Shown here: one piece after another, positions 1 to 10,344 of the stretch
How the letters are laid out: every line of letters begins with the position of its first letter
Numbering within the stretch: the stretch's first letter is position 1
NCBI GenBank assembly: GCA_012520405.1
Contig: JAAYOJ010000144.1
Location: 5,641-69,640 of the forward strand
DNA length: 64,000 nucleotides
Direction: 5' to 3'
Origin: Peptococcaceae bacterium
GTDB lineage: Bacteria > Bacillota > Desulfitobacteriia > Desulfitobacteriales > Syntrophobotulaceae
The notes under the pieces: generated by a model
What the model was told of the DNA's origin: nothing
Seen by the model: only the letters and a program-made list of their open reading frames with translations
The model's database searches: none
Program-made: the position numbers and the translations under genes

Positions 1-1245
1 CTTAGGCAACGGGCCCGGGTTTTCTTTTATTTTTTCGGCCACTATAGAGGCAAATACCAACCCATCCAGCAATGAATTACTTGCCAGACGATTGGCTCCA
101 TGAACTCCATTACAGGCACATTCTCCGCAAGCATATAGGCCGGCAAGGTTGGTCTCGCCGTCAATGTTTACTTTTACGCCGCCCATTAAGAAGTGAGTTG
201 CCGGTCCAACCGGTACGGGAGATTTAGAAATATCGATTCCATATTCCAGACAAGTTTTATAGATGCCAGGGAATCTTTTTTGAACTTTATCTTGTCCCAA
301 ACAGCTCACATCAAGATAAACCGTGCCTTCTTTCATCTGGGCCCAAATCTCTCTAGCTACAATATCTCTGGGGGCCAACTCCTGGCCGGGAATATCATGC
401 ATAAAACGCTCCCCTTTGGAGTTCAGCAATTTAGCCCCTTCTCCTCTTGCTGCTTCAGATATTAAAAAACTAGGAGCCCCAGACAATAATAAAGCTGTGG
501 GGTGAAACTGGATAAATTCCATATCCATTAACTCCGCCCCGGCTCTATATGCTGCGGCCAGCCCATCCCCTGTGGTCACGGGAGGATTAGTCGTATATTT
601 ATACAATTGTCCTAAACCACCGGTAGCCAAGATCACGGCTTTTGCCAACCAAATTTCGAGTTTTAGTTTATTCTCATTATAAGCAAGTACCCCGCAAACC
701 CTATTCTCTTTATTCTTTAAAAGATCAATAACAAAGTAATTCTCTCGCACTGAGATATTGCTATCCTTATCCTGAACCTTAGCTACCAGAGCACGCTCAA
801 TTTCTCCACCAGTCGCATCTCCTTTAGCATGTAAAACCCTGTTTTTACTGTGGGCCGCTTCCCGGGTAAAATCTAAGCGATTTTCTAATCTGTCGAATTG
901 AGCTCCTATTTTAATTAGTTGTTCGACACATTCCGGTCCCTTTTCAGCCAAGATACGTACCGCTTCTAAATTGCATAATCCCGCCCCGGCTTTGATGGTA
1001 TCACCAAAATGAAATTCAGGGGAATCATCCTGGTTAAGGGCAACTGCTATCCCACCTTGAGCGTGCTCGGTATTTCCTGCCATGATATTTTTCTTAGTTA
1101 AAATTGTAATATTAAAGCGATCACTTAGATTTATTGCTGCAAATAAGCCTGCAATGCCACTGCCGAGAACTAGTATTTCAGTTGTATATATCTCGTGTTC
1201 ATCATCCGGATTCCAAGGGATTAGATAATTGCTATCTTCATTCAT
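1..1245 (-). CDS. nadB: L-aspartate oxidase, N-terminal ~415 codons (3' end lies beyond the window start)
   Basis: Not in the ORF track because there is no stop inside the window. Hand translation from the ATG at 1245 gives MNEDSNYLIPWNPDDEHEIYTTEILVLGSGIAGLFAAINL...NTEHAQGGIAVAL. It has the FAD-binding GSGIAG and AQGGIA motifs of NadB/SdhA flavoproteins, an AGGA RBS, and sits directly downstream of nadA. Confidence 0.85.
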   Translation of the reverse strand, partial: MNEDSNYLIPWNPDDEHEIYTTEILVLGSGIAGLFAAINLSDRFNITILTKKNIMAGNTEHAQGGIAVALNQDDSPEFHFGDTIKAGAGLCNLEAVRILAEKGPECVEQLIKIGAQFDRLENRLDFTREAAHSKNRVLHAKGDATGGEIERALVAKVQDKDSNISVRENYFVIDLLKNKENRVCGVLAYNENKLKLEIWLAKAVILATGGLGQLYKYTTNPPVTTGDGLAAAYRAGAELMDMEFIQFHPTALLLSGAPSFLISEAARGEGAKLLNSKGERFMHDIPGQELAPRDIVAREIWAQMKEGTVYLDVSCLGQDKVQKRFPGIYKTCLEYGIDISKSPVPVGPATHFLMGGVKVNIDGETNLAGLYACGECACNGVHGANRLASNSLLDGLVFASIVAEKIKENPGPLPK

Positions 1246-1302
1246 TTTATCATCCTTAGAAATTATCGTATTATAAATATAATTACTAATAATTGGGGAG
1301 CT

Positions 1303-2217
1303 TTAAACAGTTAGCATTTTTTCCAGAGCAGCAATAGCTTTCTCTCTCACTTCCTCAGTAACAGTTATACGTGGAGAGAGAGTAAGCAAGCAATCTCTGA
1401 CTTTTTGTAGACTATTTTTTTTCATATTGGGACACAGCATGTGTTTGGCAATTAGATGAAATTCCTTATCGGGACACCTTTTTTGTAATTGATGTAGAAT
1501 TCCACATTCAGTGCCTATAATGAATTTTTTAGCTGAAGAATTTTCAGCATATTTTATTATTCCAGACGTTGAACCTACATAATCCGCCTCCTGCCAAACC
1601 TCTTCCCTACATTCAGGATGAACAAGAACTTTGGCATCTGGGTGGAGTTTTCGACTTTGCAACACATCTTCTTTGCTTACTCGATGGTGAGTTGGGCAGA
1701 AACCAGGCCAAGGGATAATTTTTCTATTAGTCTTAGCCGCAACATATCTCCCAAGATTACCATCAGGAACAAAAAGAATATCCTGGCCTTCGAGAGAAGC
1801 TACTACTTTCTCGGCATTGGAGGACGTACAACAAATATCGCTTTCAGCTTTGACCTCCGCAGAAGAATTTACATAACAGACAACTTTTACGCCAGGATAT
1901 TTTTTCTTCTCTTCTATTAATTCTTCGGCATTGATCATATCTGCCATAGGGCAACCCGCCTCGGGTTCAGGCAAAAGTACAATTTTCTCCGGTGAAAGAA
2001 TAGACGCGCTCTCTGCCATAAAGTGGACACCACAGAATACAATGACTTCTGCGTCAGTATTTGCAGCTTGCTGAGCTAGCTGTAAGGAGTCGCCAACGAA
2101 GTCTGCAATGTCCTGAATTTCATCCGGTTGGTAATAGTGAGCAAGAATTATGGCATTCTTTTGTTGGCGCAATTGGTTAATTTCTCCAATTAATTGTTTC
2201 TTGCTTTCCCCACCCAC
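1303..2217 (-). CDS. nadA: quinolinate synthase
   Basis: 304-aa ORF with a NadA-type sequence (AIILAHYYQ, three Cys-containing repeats). GTG start lies 7 nt after GGAAAGGAG. Adjacent to nadB. Confidence 0.9.
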   Translation of the reverse strand: MGGESKKQLIGEINQLRQQKNAIILAHYYQPDEIQDIADFVGDSLQLAQQAANTDAEVIVFCGVHFMAESASILSPEKIVLLPEPEAGCPMADMINAEELIEEKKKYPGVKVVCYVNSSAEVKAESDICCTSSNAEKVVASLEGQDILFVPDGNLGRYVAAKTNRKIIPWPGFCPTHHRVSKEDVLQSRKLHPDAKVLVHPECREEVWQEADYVGSTSGIIKYAENSSAKKFIIGTECGILHQLQKRCPDKEFHLIAKHMLCPNMKKNSLQKVRDCLLTLSPRITVTEEVREKAIAALEKMLTV

Positions 2218-2284
2218 TTATCAGGTTCTCCTTTCCCAATTTCAACACCTTTTTCCTAAATTCTATGCTTGTAGTCAGAAAGTG

Positions 2285-2668
2285 TCAAGCCTGTGTGCCA
2301 TGAATCTCTAGTTGGGCTACATCTACCGGCCGGTTTTCTGAATCAACAAACACAATCTTGGGTACATAATTACGAGACTCTTCATCGCTAAACATACCAT
2401 AAGAAATAATTATGATTTCATCCCCAACTTGTACCAGTCTGGCTGCAGCTCCATTTAGACAAATCATGCCCGAATCCCTTTTTCCCGGGATAACATAAGT
2501 CTCCAAACGAGCGCCATTATAATTATTTACAACCTGAACCCTTTCGTTGGGCAGTATATCTGCTTTTTCCATAAGAGCACTGTCGATGGTTATACTTCCG
2601 ACATAATTCAAATTAGCTTCGGTAACTTTAACCTTGTGAATCTTTGATTTCATCATGGTTCTTAACAT
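2285..2668 (-). CDS. panD: aspartate 1-decarboxylase
   Basis: 127 aa starting [29 protein letters not shown]. The self-processing Gly24-Ser25 site is in the canonical position. Confidence 0.95.
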   Translation of the reverse strand: MLRTMMKSKIHKVKVTEANLNYVGSITIDSALMEKADILPNERVQVVNNYNGARLETYVIPGKRDSGMICLNGAAARLVQVGDEIIIISYGMFSDEESRNYVPKIVFVDSENRPVDVAQLEIHGTQA

Positions 2669-2671
2669 CTT

Positions 2672-3535
2672 CTACACCTCCACTACTATATTATCTATTA
2701 ATCTGGTTGAACCTAATCTAACAGCTAAGGCAATAACTACATTGCTGTCTATAATGCTTGTTGTCGCCAGATTATCTGCATTTCTTATTTCTACATATTC
2801 AATTTGCCCGGTTGATTCATTCCTTATTCTTTGGACAATTTTCTCCCTTATAATTTCAGGTCTTGTTTCGCCTTGTTTAATAAGAGCAGCCCCTTCTTGT
2901 AAGGATCGATAAAGGACAGGAGCTTGCCTACGTTCCTCGGGACTAAGATAAGAATTACGCGAGCTCATAGCCAGCCCATCCTGCTCTCTGACAGTTGGAG
3001 CGACAATGATTTCAATAGGGAAATTTAAGTCTTGAACCATTTTTTTAATGGTGATAGCCTGTTGGTAATCCTTTTGCCCAAAGTAAGCAATATCCGGCTG
3101 GACGATATTAAAAAGTTTGCTAACTACTGTTGTTACTCCTTGAAAATGCCCGGGACGCCCGGCCCCGCACAATCCCTCCGTAACCTCCGCTACACTTACC
3201 GTAGTTAAGCTTGTACCTTCCGGATACATTTCATGTACTGTAGGGGCAAAGATTATATCTACCCCCGCTCTCTGCGCTAGTTCGGCGTCTCTGCTCAAAT
3301 CACGAGGATACTTATCATAATCCTCATTGGGTCCAAATTGAAGCGGGTTAACAAAAATACTCATCACAATATAAAACTTGCTGCGAGTCTCATCCTGTCT
3401 GCGGGCCAGCTCGGCCATAGAAAGGTGCCCTTGATGCAGAAAGCCCATTGTAGGGATAAAAACAATAGTTTTATTCTGTTTTTTGGCCTGGTTAATATTT
3501 TCCCTTAAAGCATCTATTTGTTTAATTATATTCAT
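2672..3535 (-). CDS. panC: pantoate--beta-alanine ligase
   Basis: Has the PTMGFLHQGHLSL-type HIGH motif. I place the start at ATG 3535 (MNIIKQ...), 8 nt after GGAGTGA, rather than the longer ORF-track start at 3559. Confidence 0.92.
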   Translation of the reverse strand: MNIIKQIDALRENINQAKKQNKTIVFIPTMGFLHQGHLSMAELARRQDETRSKFYIVMSIFVNPLQFGPNEDYDKYPRDLSRDAELAQRAGVDIIFAPTVHEMYPEGTSLTTVSVAEVTEGLCGAGRPGHFQGVTTVVSKLFNIVQPDIAYFGQKDYQQAITIKKMVQDLNFPIEIIVAPTVREQDGLAMSSRNSYLSPEERRQAPVLYRSLQEGAALIKQGETRPEIIREKIVQRIRNESTGQIEYVEIRNADNLATTSIIDSNVVIALAVRLGSTRLIDNIVVEV

Positions 3536-4448
3536 TTTCTTCACTCCTGTGGGTTCCAATTTCAGCCGAGCTTTCCAATAATAGTTTTAGGTTCTGAAAA
3601 GTTTTTTTATCATAGCTATATCCGTGCTTATTCGCTTTTTTTTGTCCTAATTCCAACGCCAACCGCCCTAAACCTTTATATATATCAACAAACTCAGGTG
3701 GCATCTCCACCAAATGCTTAGCTACCACTTGAACATCACCACGAGCGATTGGGCCGGTCAGCGCTTCTGTTATCCCTACTTGAGCAATATTTTTATAAGA
3801 GCCTTCCATCAGCGGAAGCAAAGACTTTAAGGCATCCTCTTCATTTATACCTGTTAGATTAAATAATTTAGCTGCCAGGTAGCTTAAAGAAACAAGGTAA
3901 TTGGAGGCCACCACCGCCGCAGCATGATAAAGCGTCTTTTTAGAGGGCTCAATACGATGGGGAATTCCTCCCAGCATCTCTACAAGCGCAACCCCTATTT
4001 CCTCGACCTTACCACTATTGCCTTCAAGACCATAATGAGTTCCAGCCAGTACAGTCAAAGCACTGTCTACTGTAGCAAAGGCTTGTAAGGGATGAATAGA
4101 CAAATAGCCTACTTGAAGACTAGTATCCTTGCACATGACTTCTGAACGCAAGGAACCGGAACAATGAATCCAAATCTGGTCTTTTTTTCTCTGCTTATAG
4201 GCGGATAACTTCTCCGCGACCTTTTCAATAGAACTGTCCTGAGTAGTTATAAAGATCAAATCGGCTTGTTTAGATATCTGTTCAAGAGATAGGTGTTCCT
4301 TAGACAAATACCGGCAAAACCTTTGGTATGAAGCCTGACTTCGGGTGTTTACTCCAATACATTTCAGGCCGGCCCGATCTAATAAAACTGCTATGGAAGT
4401 TCCTACAATACCTGTGCCGATTATAGCAAAATTTTTAGTGCCTAACAA
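3522..4448 (-). CDS. Rossmann-fold NAD(P)-binding protein, DUF2520-like (possible ketopantoate reductase)
   Basis: N-terminal FAIIGTGIVGTS dinucleotide fold. Overlaps the panC start by 14 nt, so likely the same operon. Likely TTG start at 4448, 7 nt after AAGAGGTG; the ORF-track start at 4478 is a GTG without an RBS. Confidence 0.6.
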   Translation of the reverse strand: MLGTKNFAIIGTGIVGTSIAVLLDRAGLKCIGVNTRSQASYQRFCRYLSKEHLSLEQISKQADLIFITTQDSSIEKVAEKLSAYKQRKKDQIWIHCSGSLRSEVMCKDTSLQVGYLSIHPLQAFATVDSALTVLAGTHYGLEGNSGKVEEIGVALVEMLGGIPHRIEPSKKTLYHAAAVVASNYLVSLSYLAAKLFNLTGINEEDALKSLLPLMEGSYKNIAQVGITEALTGPIARGDVQVVAKHLVEMPPEFVDIYKGLGRLALELGQKKANKHGYSYDKKTFQNLKLLLESSAEIGTHRSEENEYN

Positions 4449-4656
4449 AAAAATACACCTCTTTTGGCGAAGGTGCACTAAATACCATAGTAATTTGCCT
4501 TCACCGTCCCAGTATTATATCCAAGCGGCTAATTCGCAATACATAATTTATCAAGTACTGATTTTATAGACCCTTGTACTCTTAAAAAATTCTACGGTGC
4601 AATTCATGTGAGATACTGCCCGCAGCTGTTAGAGTACATTATATTATATATTAGAC

Positions 4657-5130
4657 TCATTTAAAAGTTTTTTTTTGAACTAGACCTTGCCCCCTTAACT
4701 CTTTGACTTTTTGACCGGACGGCAAAATCAATTCCGGTGCAATTTCTCTTAACGGAGCCAGGACGAATTCTCGCTGTTCCATATAGGGATGAGGAATTGT
4801 TAGCTCGTCCGAATCAACCCTAACATCTTGATAAATAAGGATGTCAATATCAATTATTCTTGGGCCCCAATGCATTTCTCTTTTTCTGCCCAGTATCCCT
4901 TCTATTTCCAAGCATCGGTGAAGTAATTTTAAGGGGCTTAAGGTGGTATCAATTTTTAAGGCCATATTTAAAAAGGAATCTTGCTCTACATTACCCCAGG
5001 GCTCTGTCTCATAAAAACTGGACACACTAAGGATTTTAATTTCCAGACTTTTAGCTAATAACTCAATGGCCATTTCCAGGTTCTTCCTTTTATCGCCCTG
5101 ATTGCTGCCTAGACTCAAATAAGCTATCAT
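4657..5130 (-). CDS. folK: 2-amino-4-hydroxy-6-hydroxymethyldihydropteridine pyrophosphokinase
   Basis: 157 aa starting IAYLSLGSNQGD, with ...SSFYETEPWG...RIIDIDIL motifs typical of HPPK. Lies in a folP-folB-folK row. Confidence 0.92.
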   Translation of the reverse strand: MIAYLSLGSNQGDKRKNLEMAIELLAKSLEIKILSVSSFYETEPWGNVEQDSFLNMALKIDTTLSPLKLLHRCLEIEGILGRKREMHWGPRIIDIDILIYQDVRVDSDELTIPHPYMEQREFVLAPLREIAPELILPSGQKVKELRGQGLVQKKTFK

Positions 5131-5131
5131 T

Positions 5132-5497
5132 TTATTTCTCCCTTATTACTTCCGCTGAAACATCCGCAATTATTCCGGGTATAGGGGCTTGGGGTTTATG
5201 AACCTCTACTCTTACTTTCAAACATGTATATTCAGCCAGAATTCTAGTAGCAATTGTATCGGCGAGAACTTCAATTAAGTTAAAGCGCTCATTTTCTACA
5301 CATTCCTTAACTGTTTGATAAACTCGGCTATAATCAACAGTAGGAATCAAACCGTGTTCTTCTTGGTTGGGTAAATCGGGCAGGTAGATGTCAACATCAA
5401 CTAAAAACTTTTGTCCCAATACTTTTTCTTCTGGAAGAACACCGTGATAGGCGTAAAACTCCATCTTACGCAGATGAATTATGCCCTTAAATTTCAT
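5132..5497 (-). CDS. folB: dihydroneopterin aldolase
   Basis: 121 aa with FYAYHGVLPEEKVLGQKF, typical of FolB. Sits between folP and folK. Confidence 0.9.
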   Translation of the reverse strand: MKFKGIIHLRKMEFYAYHGVLPEEKVLGQKFLVDVDIYLPDLPNQEEHGLIPTVDYSRVYQTVKECVENERFNLIEVLADTIATRILAEYTCLKVRVEVHKPQAPIPGIIADVSAEVIREK

Positions 5498-6365
5498 CTT
5501 TCTCTCCTTTTGGTCTACGTAATATTATATCCGCCATCTGCACTGCTTTTTTATGAGGGAGGACATCATGAACTCTTAAAATATCTATTCCGGCAACTAG
5601 ACCCAAGATACCTAGAGCAATTGTAGGTTCCAGGCGCCCCTCAACAGGAAGGTTTAATGTTTTTCCGATTACCGATTTGCGCGAAACACCCAGAAGCACG
5701 GGAAAACCAAGAGATTTTAATTCATCCAGCCGCCTGATAACTTCGATATTTTGCTCGGTTGTTTTGCCGAACCCAATTCCGGGGTCAATAATTATTTGCT
5801 CCTCCTGCACTCCGCTCTTGATGGCCAACTCAATACTTCGGGCTAAGAATCGCAATATTTCCCCTATAAGGTCACGGTAATGAGTATGATGCTTATTATG
5901 CATAATAACTACAGGGGATTTGTAGGCACCAACCACTTGAGCCATTCCAGTATCTTTCTGTAGGCCCCAAATATCATTAATAATATGCACACCTAATTCT
6001 AGTGCTTTCTCGGCTACAGCGGCTTTCTGGGTATCAAGCGAGATCGGAATAGGGCTCATCTTTACCAGTTCTTTAAGGACCGGCTCCAGTCTCATCCATT
6101 CCTCAGCCGCGCTGATCTCTTGGTGTCCGGGACGGGTTGATTCTGCACCAATATCTAATATATCAGCACCTTCGTCAATTAATTGCACAGCATGGTCCAG
6201 CGCAGCTCGAGAATTGTAAAACTTTCCGCCATCGGAAAAAGAATCAGGAGTAACATTCAGAATACCCATGATTAATGTCCTTTTTCCTAATTCAAGAGTC
6301 TTCCCCCGGCAGTCAATTAAAGCGGGGTTGTTAAATTGCTTCTGCATACTCAAAATTATATCCAC
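5487..6365 (-). CDS. folP: dihydropteroate synthase
   Basis: Has GILNVTPDSFSDGG and DIGAESTRPG motifs. The exact start is uncertain: GTG 6365, or TTG 6353 behind GGTGGA. Confidence 0.93.
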   Translation of the reverse strand: MDIILSMQKQFNNPALIDCRGKTLELGKRTLIMGILNVTPDSFSDGGKFYNSRAALDHAVQLIDEGADILDIGAESTRPGHQEISAAEEWMRLEPVLKELVKMSPIPISLDTQKAAVAEKALELGVHIINDIWGLQKDTGMAQVVGAYKSPVVIMHNKHHTHYRDLIGEILRFLARSIELAIKSGVQEEQIIIDPGIGFGKTTEQNIEVIRRLDELKSLGFPVLLGVSRKSVIGKTLNLPVEGRLEPTIALGILGLVAGIDILRVHDVLPHKKAVQMADIILRRPKGEKDEI

Positions 6366-7038
6366 CTTTATAAGCCGGAACGGTCACAATCTCTCTGGTA
6401 AGATCCACCTTCATTCCGACCTGTTTTAAAGATAATATTTCCAAGTTTGTAAGGTAATCTACCAGTAGATTCTGATCCCCTATGGCGAGTATTTCATAGG
6501 TTGTTCCTCCTACCTTACTTATCGGCACGGAGTTTACTAAAATTGTCGAATCGCCGCTCATTACTATGGACGTGGAGGAAACAATTCGTTGACCGTTAAC
6601 ACTAATTGCTTCGGCCCCGGCATAGCGTAGGGTATTAACGATTCTTCGCAAATCATCGGTATTCAGAGGAAACAACACATCTATATTTTGACCGCTATCT
6701 TGTATTCTCAATCTTACCCCAGGACCCTGAACATCAATTGTTCCGTCGGACATTTTAAGTTCATTCAGTTTATTGATAAGAAAGGGATTATTAATACTCT
6801 CATCTGTGTAATTTTTGATTTGTTCATTAAGCTGGTCTTGGATATCCTGAAGCTGCTTATTCCTTTCTTTTAGACTTTCGGTAACAGATTTTATTTGAGC
6901 TAATCTTTTGCTCTGAATTTGAGCGGCAGTATCTGCTTCCTCTTTGGCTTGAATCTGAACAGCGATTAAAAACCCAATAATTATGGCGGCAATTGTTGCT
7001 ACCGTAACCACATGTTTATTTAACCGTCTCAAGTTCAT
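6331..7038 (-). CDS. DUF881-family membrane protein (YlxW/YlxX-like)
   Basis: One N-terminal TM segment, a coiled coil, and a C-terminal GPGVRLRI...NTLRYAGAEAISVNGQRI signature. ATGA overlap with the upstream paralogue. Confidence 0.8.
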   Translation of the reverse strand: MNLRRLNKHVVTVATIAAIIIGFLIAVQIQAKEEADTAAQIQSKRLAQIKSVTESLKERNKQLQDIQDQLNEQIKNYTDESINNPFLINKLNELKMSDGTIDVQGPGVRLRIQDSGQNIDVLFPLNTDDLRRIVNTLRYAGAEAISVNGQRIVSSTSIVMSGDSTILVNSVPISKVGGTTYEILAIGDQNLLVDYLTNLEILSLKQVGMKVDLTREIVTVPAYKGGYNFEYAEAI

Positions 7039-7739
7039 CCCTCCTTAAGCGGCTCAGCATATTTATAAGTAAACACTTTAGCAGGGGGAACTACAAGAGG
7101 TTCTTCGGGAGTATCCAGTTTTCTGATTATCCCATATTGCTGCTGATATTCCCCCAATTTATCCCAAAAATAAAACTGCAAAGCCGATTTAAGATTATCT
7201 CGATTACCAATAGCCACTATGCGATAAGGAGGCATCTGCCTTGTCCCATTAATTTGAATAAAAGAGCCGCTGCAAAAAATTTCCGTATGGGCAGTCAGGC
7301 GCTGATTATTAATAGCAATAGCTTCTGCACCGCCGTTCCATAAAGCGTTAACCAAAGTTCTTAGATATTCTTCATGTATAACATAATTGCCCGCTTCAGC
7401 AATTCTTTCTTCTTGAGAATCATCGAGGATAATCCTGATTCCCGGTCCCTTCATTCCAACTAAACAAGCATTGATATTAGCTTCTTCCAATTGCTGGGAA
7501 GCCAGAGCCGCCACACTGTCCGCTGCCTGCAAGCGGGCAAGTTCCTCCCAAAGATGTTCGTTTTCTTTGGTCAATTTATCATTCTCCATTTGTAATTGGA
7601 TAAGGCTGGGTAGACTAGCTTCTTGAGCATCATCTGCTTTATTCTGATAATGGGCCTTAATCAGGACAACGGAAAAAAAACCGATAGCTATTAAACAAAA
7701 AGTTATTAAGCCTATGGCTATATTTCTCTTTTTCTGCAT
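7035..7739 (-). CDS. DUF881-family membrane protein (YlxW/YlxX-like)
   Basis: Paralogue of the preceding gene (GPGIRIILDD...NALWNGGAEAIAINNQRL). Confidence 0.8.
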   Translation of the reverse strand: MQKKRNIAIGLITFCLIAIGFFSVVLIKAHYQNKADDAQEASLPSLIQLQMENDKLTKENEHLWEELARLQAADSVAALASQQLEEANINACLVGMKGPGIRIILDDSQEERIAEAGNYVIHEEYLRTLVNALWNGGAEAIAINNQRLTAHTEIFCSGSFIQINGTRQMPPYRIVAIGNRDNLKSALQFYFWDKLGEYQQQYGIIRKLDTPEEPLVVPPAKVFTYKYAEPLKEG

Positions 7740-7759
7740 ATTTCCACCTCAGTGATTCC

Positions 7760-7787
7760 AAAAGGACACCCTCAAAGCGGGTGTCCT
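7760..7787 (-). terminator. intrinsic terminator downstream of ndk
   Basis: Perfect 9-bp stem AGGACACCC/GGGTGTCCT with a 7-nt loop, followed by UUUGG on the minus strand. Confidence 0.55.
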
Positions 7788-7796
7788 AGTGTTATT

Positions 7797-8243
7797 TCAG
7801 CTCAGCCATTCTTCCCCCGTTTTATAATAAGACAAGATTTCATCTTCACGAAAGTACAACTTGATTTCCCGTTCCGCACTTTCAAGGGAATCAGAGCCAT
7901 GGATTACATTTCTGCCGATATCTATTGCATAACTGCCTCTGATAGACCCCGGACAGGCTTCGGCTGGATTCGTGGTTCCTAACATTTGCCTTGCTAAAGC
8001 AATGACATTCTGACCTTCCCAAACCATGGCCACTACAGGTGAACTGGTAATATACTTAATTGTTGATTCAAAAAAAGGTTTCCCTTTGTGTTCCTGATAG
8101 TGGACTTCGGCCATTTCTCGATCCAGTTTAAGCATTTTCAATCCAACCAGCTTAAAGCCCTTTCTTTCGAAGCGAGCAATAATTTCACCGATTAGTCCTC
8201 TTTGTACGGCATCGGGCTTTAACATTAGAAATGTCTTTTCCAT
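7797..8243 (-). CDS. ndk: nucleoside-diphosphate kinase
   Basis: Starts [17 protein letters not shown] and carries NVIHGSDS with the active-site His. Confidence 0.95.
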   Translation of the reverse strand: MEKTFLMLKPDAVQRGLIGEIIARFERKGFKLVGLKMLKLDREMAEVHYQEHKGKPFFESTIKYITSSPVVAMVWEGQNVIALARQMLGTTNPAEACPGSIRGSYAIDIGRNVIHGSDSLESAEREIKLYFREDEILSYYKTGEEWLS

Positions 8244-8310
8244 CTATAATTTCTCCTACAGAATTATTCTACCATTCTATATATGAGGAGTTTTATTTAA
8301 TTTAATAAAG

Positions 8311-10245
8311 TTATTCGTAGGATAAATTTTCAGCCGTTTTTATTTCATCTTGCCCATTCTTAGAAACCTGGTCTTGGCTTTCGGCCGCTTGCACTGCTTT
8401 TTCCCCATTGTTTTTCTTTAATTCAAGGAGATCTTGCTTACGGGTTTCATCAAAGCGGGCAATAATCTCTAAGAATCCTTCAGCTTCAAGAGTTTCATTT
8501 TGCATTAAAGCTTCAGCAATGGCATGAAGGATATCCATTTTTTCAATTATTATATCTTGAGCCTTTTGATAGGACTCATCAATAATACGACGAACTTCAT
8601 TGTCAATAGCTTGGGCTACAGATTCGCTATAGTTACGATCCCGGGCAATATCCTTGCCCAGGAAAACCTGTTCTTCCTTATGACCGAAGGTAACCGGACC
8701 AAGTTCTTCCGACATCCCCAGTTCTGTAATCATTTTCCGAACTATGCCGGTAGCCCGCTCCAGGTCATTGGAGGCTCCTGTGCTGATTTCTTTAAGCACC
8801 AAGGCTTCGGCCACTCTTCCACCTAGAAGCATTGTTACCTGATCAAGGAGCTGGGATTTAGTCATATAATTGCGATCTTCTTTAGGGAGAAGCAAGGTAT
8901 ACCCGCCAGCTCTCCCCCTGGGAATAATTGAAACTTTATGCAAAGGATCGGTATGAGGCAAGTATTCGCCAAGCAAAGCATGACCGGCTTCGTGATAGGA
9001 TACAAGTTTCTTTTCAAAGTCGCTGATTACCCTGCTCTTCTTTTCCGGTCCTGCTATAACTCTCTCGATGGAGTCCTCCATCGCCTTCATGGTAATTTTC
9101 TTTTCATTGCGGCGAGCAGACAATAAAGCCGCTTCATTAACTAGATTAGCTAAATCCGCACCAGTAAAACCAGGGGTTCGACGAGCTAATACTTCCAAAT
9201 TGACATCGTCGGCCAAGGGTTTGCCTTTAACATGGACATTCAAAATATCTTCCCTGCCCTTAATATCCGGCACATTAACAACTACCTGACGGTCAAAGCG
9301 TCCCGGACGCAGCAAAGCAGGGTCTAGAATATCTGGGCGGTTAGTAGCGGCAATAATGATTATGCCCTCATTGCCATTAAAGCCGTCCATTTCCACTAAG
9401 AGCTGGTTCAGGGTCTGTTCACGCTCATCATGGCCCCCGCCGAGACCGGCACCACGATGACGTCCTACAGCATCGATTTCATCAATAAAGACGATGCAGG
9501 GTGAATTTTTTTTCGCTTGTTCAAACAGGTCTCTTACCCGAGAGGCCCCTACACCGACAAACATTTCCACAAAATCGGAGCCGCTAATGCTAAAAAACGG
9601 AACTCCTGCTTCTCCGGAAACGGCCTTGGCCAGCAAGGTTTTTCCTGTCCCGGGAGGTCCAAATAGCAAGACTCCTTTAGGAATCTTGGCTCCAATTTCA
9701 GTAAATTTACGCGGGGATTTAAGAAATTCGACAATTTCTTCAAGTTCTTCTTTGACCTCGTCAGCGCCGGCTACATCTTTAAAGGTATATTTTGTTTCGT
9801 CAGTCACCAAACGGGCTCTGCTTTTACCGAATTGCATAACTTTACTGCCGCCACCCTGGGTCTGCTGCATCATGTAAAAGAATAAGCCAATGATAAAGAG
9901 GAACATGAGTACTGTAGGCAATACATTGGCCCACCAGGGAGTAGTAGCAGGAGGATTAAATACCACGGGAACGTTCTTAGTCTTAAGAGTATCCACAAGG
10001 GTCTGATCTCCTGTTTCACCGACAACTGAATAGGTCCTGCCATCATTCATGGTTACAGTATAAACATTATAGTTATTATTGATAACTACTGAAACTTCTC
10101 TAACTTTACCTGCTTCCACAGATTGCGTAAATTCTGTGTAAGTAAGGCTTTTATCGGGTTCGTCCGGGGGATTTGCCCATTTTATGAGCAATACAGCTAG
10201 TAAAATTATTAGCAAATATATGGCTACGTTTCTAAATATTTTCAA
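8311..10245 (-). CDS. ftsH: ATP-dependent zinc metalloprotease FtsH
   Basis: 644 aa with two TM segments, AAA Walker A GPPGTGKT, and the HEAGHAL zinc site. Confidence 0.97.
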   Translation of the reverse strand: MKIFRNVAIYLLIILLAVLLIKWANPPDEPDKSLTYTEFTQSVEAGKVREVSVVINNNYNVYTVTMNDGRTYSVVGETGDQTLVDTLKTKNVPVVFNPPATTPWWANVLPTVLMFLFIIGLFFYMMQQTQGGGSKVMQFGKSRARLVTDETKYTFKDVAGADEVKEELEEIVEFLKSPRKFTEIGAKIPKGVLLFGPPGTGKTLLAKAVSGEAGVPFFSISGSDFVEMFVGVGASRVRDLFEQAKKNSPCIVFIDEIDAVGRHRGAGLGGGHDEREQTLNQLLVEMDGFNGNEGIIIIAATNRPDILDPALLRPGRFDRQVVVNVPDIKGREDILNVHVKGKPLADDVNLEVLARRTPGFTGADLANLVNEAALLSARRNEKKITMKAMEDSIERVIAGPEKKSRVISDFEKKLVSYHEAGHALLGEYLPHTDPLHKVSIIPRGRAGGYTLLLPKEDRNYMTKSQLLDQVTMLLGGRVAEALVLKEISTGASNDLERATGIVRKMITELGMSEELGPVTFGHKEEQVFLGKDIARDRNYSESVAQAIDNEVRRIIDESYQKAQDIIIEKMDILHAIAEALMQNETLEAEGFLEIIARFDETRKQDLLELKKNNGEKAVQAAESQDQVSKNGQDEIKTAENLSYE

Positions 10246-10344
10246 ATCCGAAGATCCCTCCTCTCAACGAAAAAAACATATAATAATAACCTTAAAAACA
10301 ACATAGAACATTATAACATGCTGTCAAGTCTTTTACAATCAATA

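Noticed and set aside
4479-4656. Possible riboswitch or terminator in the 178-nt gap between folK and the panC-operon leader gene (7-bp inverted repeat GTACTCT…AGAGTAC with a 49-nt loop).
   Set aside because: The stem is short relative to the loop. There is no U tract and no resemblance to any riboswitch class I know. Insufficient evidence.
9494-9877. 127-aa plus-strand ORF inside ftsH. The same applies to many similar ORFs antisense to mfd, cphA, metG, nifJ, iorA and spoIIE in the track.
   Set aside because: These are shadow ORFs on the opposite strand of strongly supported genes. They have no RBS and low-complexity, unprotein-like sequences. Long antisense frames are expected in biased-codon coding DNA.
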